Origin: an uncultured Spirochaetales bacterium | GTDB lineage: Bacteria; Myxococcota_A; UBA9160; SMWR01 | Direction of reading: 5' to 3' | Assembly (NCBI GenBank): GCA_964413375.1 | Contig: CAYPSI010000120.1 | Location: 4,607-68,606 of the forward strand | DNA: 64,000 nt | In this document: piece by piece, positions 61,492 through 64,000 of the stretch | Layout of the letters: each line of letters begins with the position of its first letter | Numbering within the stretch: position 1 is the stretch's first letter | The notes under the pieces: generated by a model | Seen by the model: only the letters and a program-made list of their open reading frames with translations | Told to the model about the DNA's origin: nothing | Databases searched by the model: none | Made by a program: the position numbers and the translations under genes

Positions 61492-61671
61492 TTACGGCGT
61501 TGCGGGGTTGAGCTCGGCCTCGATGTCACCGAGCGCGGCGTCGATGTTGGTGGCGAGGTCGCCCCAGAAGGCAGCGGCGGCCACGGCGAACACGACTCCG
61601 ACGATGGCCCACTCGACCATCTCCATTCCGGCCTCATCGCGGACGAGGCGCTTCAGATTGCTCACGATCAC
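61492..61671 (-). CDS. flp: Flp/Fap-family type IVb pilin
   Basis: C-terminal part of track ORF 61492..61974. The GTG at 61671 lies 6 nt after GGTAGGAGA. VIVSNLKRLVRDEAG|MEMVEWAIVGVVFAVAAAAF fits the Flp motif: Gly cleavage site, Glu at +5, an aromatic residue at +6, and a hydrophobic helix. Confidence 0.7.
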   Translation of the reverse strand: MIVSNLKRLVRDEAGMEMVEWAIVGVVFAVAAAAFWGDLATNIDAALGDIEAELNPATP

Positions 61672-62009
61672 GGTTGGTCTCCTACCTGGCGGCGAGTTCC
61701 GACCCGATCGACTGAAGAAGAGCTTGGGCCGGGTCCCTGGAACGACGCACCTCGCGCACGTCCCCGGACGGAGTGGCTGAGCTGCAAGCGACGTGCCGCG
61801 CAGCCTGCCGCGGGCCGCATCGAGCGCGCGACACGTCGGCAGGCGCAGATGCGCGGAGAGCTGCCGGCGACCTGCGCGTGCGACGGGCAGCTCGCGCGCT
61901 CGATCGGAGGCGAGCGCGCTTCCACTCTTGTGAGGAGGAGAGGAGCGTTTCCGTTGAGCTCCGCCGGCCCGCAAAGAGCTGCGTAGGAGCCGACGCTCGG
62001 GTCGGAGGG

Positions 62010-62408
62010 CTAGCTCACCCGCCCTACGCCGAGGGGACGCGGAGCGCGGCGAGGCGGCCGACCCGCGCGGGAATCGAGCCAGGCGTCAGGATCCTCGTAC
62101 GCGCGGCTGCGCTCGGGATCCGAGCAGTAGCGCAGGTCGACGAGCAGGCTCTCGATCGAGGCGGGCCCGATGCGAAGATCGCGTCGCGCCGCAGCCGAGA
62201 TCACCGCACTCGCGCCGTCCACCTCGCCCATCTGCCGGAAGGGCGCGAGTGCGTGGTGGATGCGAAGTGCCGGGTCGGAGGCCAGGCGCGGGCGGGCGAT
62301 CCCGAACCAGCGCCGCCAGCGAGGCTCGTGGAGAAAGGGAAAGCGCTCCAGGGTCTCCGTCTGCTTTGCGGAGCGCCAGATCTCGATGGGCTTGGGGATC
62401 ACGGACAT
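62010..62408 (-). CDS. hypothetical protein (132 aa)
   Basis: ATG 62408 follows GGAGGG. MSVIPKPIEIWRSAKQTETLERFPFLHEPRW... has no recognised motif. Confidence 0.45.
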   Translation of the reverse strand: MSVIPKPIEIWRSAKQTETLERFPFLHEPRWRRWFGIARPRLASDPALRIHHALAPFRQMGEVDGASAVISAAARRDLRIGPASIESLLVDLRYCSDPERSRAYEDPDAWLDSRAGRPPRRAPRPLGVGRVS

Positions 62409-62434
62409 GGCTTCGGCACCCTCCGATCGACACT

Positions 62435-62520
62435 TGAGTTCGGCGTCCGACGGGGCCGGGAACGTGGTTGCAATCACTGAGTTCGGCGTCCGACCGGGCC
62501 GGGAACGTGGTTGCAATCAC
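62435..62520 (+). repeat. 43-bp tandem duplication (1 mismatch) in a divergent intergenic region
   Basis: TGAGTTCGGCGTCCGAC(G/C)GGGCCGGGAACGTGGTTGCAATCAC occurs at 62435-62477 and at 62478-62520. Confidence 0.9.
62457..62515 (+). promoter_or_regulatory. two tandem sigma54-like -24/-12 elements (GG-N10-GC with TTGCA), one per repeat unit
   Basis: cGGGAACGTGGTTGCA occurs at 62457-62472 and at 62500-62515. GG and GC are spaced as in TGGCAC-N5-TTGCW. The -12 element is a perfect TTGCA, but the -24 element matches only at GG and one A. The downstream gene starts at 62595. Confidence 0.3.
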
Positions 62521-62594
62521 GTTTGGCAGGCGTGCATGATACGTGCGGCGCGCTGGCGGCCTCGCTCGACACCATCGGCCGCGGGGGGAAATCC

Positions 62595-63257
62595 ATGCCG
62601 ATGCTTCGCGTCCGGAACCTCGTCGCAGCGGCCCTTGCCACCCAGAGCGCCCTGCTCCTCGGGACGCCCCGGGCCTTTGCCCAGGACTACGTCCGCGAGG
62701 GCTGGTACGTCGGAGCCCATGGGGTCTATGCCGTGGAGGACTTCGACATCCGCGGAACGGCCGCCAACGACTTCGGCTTCAACCTCTTCGCCGGCTATCG
62801 AATGTTCCGGGGTCTCGCGAGCGACTTCGAGTTCGAGTACGTCGATGCCCTGTCTGCCCGAGGCGATCCCGCCGGGCCCAACTACGACGTCCGGACCTTC
62901 GACTTCGCCTGGAACTTCCGCCTCTACCCGCTCGCCTGGGCCTTCGAGCCGAGCTCGGACTTCCAGCGCGTACAGCCCTATCTGAGCGCGGGACCCTCGC
63001 TCCAGTGGGTGCAGCTCCAGCGCCTTCCGGGTGGCGACCGCGACGACGGCGATTTCGCCGGGCGCCTCGGCGGGGGGATCGACTTCCTCCTGACCGAGAA
63101 CGTCGCGCTCGGCGCCGACGCGATCTATACGATCGGCACTGGCGACGTGCGCGACTACCGCTACCTCTCGATCGGGTGGGGCTTGAGCTACCGCTTCGGC
63201 GGCGGGGAGTCCTCGGCCGCTGCGGACGACGAGGAGAGCGAAGAGAGCGACCCGTAG
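62595..63257 (+). CDS. outer-membrane beta-barrel protein (OMP_b-brl/porin-family-like) with acidic C-terminal tail
   Basis: ATG 62595 is in frame with track ORF 62511..63257. Signal peptide MPMLRVRNLVAAALATQSALLLGTPRAFA. Strands include GWYVGAHGVYAV, FNLFAGYRMF and YLSIGWGLSYRF. The tail is GGGESSAAADDEESEESDP. Confidence 0.65.
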   Translation: MPMLRVRNLVAAALATQSALLLGTPRAFAQDYVREGWYVGAHGVYAVEDFDIRGTAANDFGFNLFAGYRMFRGLASDFEFEYVDALSARGDPAGPNYDVRTFDFAWNFRLYPLAWAFEPSSDFQRVQPYLSAGPSLQWVQLQRLPGGDRDDGDFAGRLGGGIDFLLTENVALGADAIYTIGTGDVRDYRYLSIGWGLSYRFGGGESSAAADDEESEESDP

Positions 63258-63333
63258 TCGACCTTCACACTCGCGCTGCGAGTCTTCGCGAGCGCCCTCC
63301 GGCGCACTTGCTCCGAGAGCTCTCCCCGTCGAG

Positions 63334-63385
63334 ACTGTGGCTTCATTTGCACAGTCGATGTGAACTGTGATAGCCATTTCACAGT
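63334..63385. promoter_or_regulatory. two 22-bp palindromic operator-like sites ACTGTG-N10-CACAGT separated by 8 bp
   Basis: ACTGTGGCTTCATTTGCACAGT lies at 63334-63355 and ACTGTGATAGCCATTTCACAGT at 63364-63385. They sit in the only AT-richer stretch of this intergenic region, about 50 nt upstream of the SorC-family gene. Confidence 0.6.
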
Positions 63386-63436
63386 TCTGGTAGGGGGCGG
63401 AGCGCCGGGGTCGGTGCCCGCTCCGGAGGTGCTCCG

Positions 63437-64000
63437 GTGACGAGCGTGCGCGACCTCGATGCGACCATCCTGCTGCGGGCCTGCGAGCTCTTCTTCCAGA
63501 AGAAGCTCGCGACCAAGGCGATCAGCGACGAGATCGCGGTGGAGCTGCGGCGGATCGGCTCGGATTTCGAGATGAGCCGCGAGAAGGTCTACGAACTGAT
63601 CCGCGAGGCCCGTCAGCGCAAATTCTTCCAGATCGTTCCACCGCTCGAGGACGAGCTCCGCAAGCGGCTCGAGGGGCGCTACCCCGGGGAGTTCCAGGTC
63701 GCGCACATCACGGAGCTCGATCACCTCGCGGTCTCCGCCGCCCGGGTGGTGGCGAACCTGATCGAGCGCCTGCACCGCGAGGGGCGCGACGAGGTGCACG
63801 TAGGACTCGGCGCCGGCCAGACGAGTCAGCTCGTCGCACGCCACCTCGCGGTGCTCCTGCGCGCGGCGCAGCAGCTCCCGAAGCTCGTCTTCCACGCGCT
63901 CACGTCGGGATTCCACGTGACCGAGCCCCACACGGCGCCGGTTTCCTTCTTCGGGTTCTTCGAGGCGATTCCGGCCGAGATCTCCTACGTGAGCCTCTTC
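63437..64000 (+). CDS. SorC/DeoR-family (CggR-like) sugar-binding transcriptional regulator, 3' end off the window
   Basis: Absent from the track because no stop lies in the window. The GTG at 63437 lies 7 nt after GGAGG. Manual translation gives VTSVRDLDATILLRACELFFQKKLATKAISDEI...MSREKVYELIREARQRKFFQIV (an HTH-like segment). VHVGLGAGQTS follows (the sugar-binding domain start). The frame stays open through position 64000. Confidence 0.6.
   Translation, partial: MTSVRDLDATILLRACELFFQKKLATKAISDEIAVELRRIGSDFEMSREKVYELIREARQRKFFQIVPPLEDELRKRLEGRYPGEFQVAHITELDHLAVSAARVVANLIERLHREGRDEVHVGLGAGQTSQLVARHLAVLLRAAQQLPKLVFHALTSGFHVTEPHTAPVSFFGFFEAIPAEISYVSLF

Noticed and set aside
43964-61671. Interpreting the secretin plus the Flp pilin as a Tad/Cpa pilus locus
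   Set aside because: The two genes are 15 kb apart on opposite strands and separated by unrelated operons. No TadA/CpaF ATPase, TadB/C, TadV or RcpC is present. The secretin has AMIN/PilQ-like rather than RcpA-like N-terminal organisation.
63188-63931. 247-aa minus ORF
   Set aside because: It is antisense to the SorC-family regulator frame, which has the RBS, the HTH-like N-terminus and the GLGAGQT block.
1-64000. Mobile elements, prophage, integrons, or a genomic island with deviant composition
   Set aside because: I could find no transposase, integrase, recombinase, tRNA attachment site, or long terminal inverted or direct repeats. Composition looks uniformly GC-rich apart from short promoter-like patches (about 6360-6470, 57210-57300, 63330-63400).

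Overview
Very GC-rich chromosomal segment (third codon positions are almost all G/C) from a diderm bacterium. The gene content includes many PF04909-type amidohydrolases, acyl-CoA dehydrogenases, a Baeyer-Villiger monooxygenase, lipoproteins, outer-membrane barrels, a secretin and a Flp pilin. GTG/TTG starts and 4-nt start/stop overlaps are frequent. This resembles Myxococcota/deltaproteobacteria-like or similar environmental lineages, but taxonomy cannot be fixed from this window. High GC produces long spurious ORFs in every frame, so I chose frames by recognisable family motifs, GC3 bias, RBS placement and start/stop coupling. Coordinates were derived by codon counting from the ORF track. 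I call about 57 protein-coding genes and 3 probable pseudogenes or remnants. I see no rRNA, tRNA, CRISPR array, transposase, integrase or phage genes. Layout: (i) 1-11.9 kb is housekeeping and miscellaneous: a PBP, malic enzyme, a glutaminase-STAS-cNMP fusion, DUF3604, a BNR+MoaD pair, an exonuclease. (ii) 12-22.4 kb is a catabolic island with several PF04909 amidohydrolase paralogs, a D-aminoacylase-like enzyme, an AhpD/CMD protein, a BVMO and a GST. It also holds a probable selenocysteine peroxiredoxin (in-frame TGA at the peroxidatic Cys position plus a SECIS-like hairpin). (iii) 22.5-25.8 kb is a protease cluster: a leaderless S1 protease coupled to a lipoprotein, facing an M43 metzincin and small ORFs. 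(iv) 25.8-38.3 kb holds more oxidoreductases and hydrolases, a decayed crotonase, a CPA2-USP antiporter and an MFS transporter. (v) 38.3-46.5 kb is my best candidate for an undescribed system. It is a split ExbD / TonB-like / large helical protein / lipoprotein / ExbB operon, divergent from an OM-barrel plus AMIN-secretin-SPOR operon. (vi) 46.5-51.3 kb is a DsbD-TlpA-DUF4266-DUF3570-ApbE envelope redox operon. (vii) 51.6-56.5 kb is a CxxCH/DUF1588-like, CxxCH-LamG, Tat-DUF1501-like trio. (viii) 56.5-64 kb holds an ACAD pair, an orphan Flp pilin, a duplicated sigma54-like promoter module, and twin palindromic operators before a SorC-family regulator.
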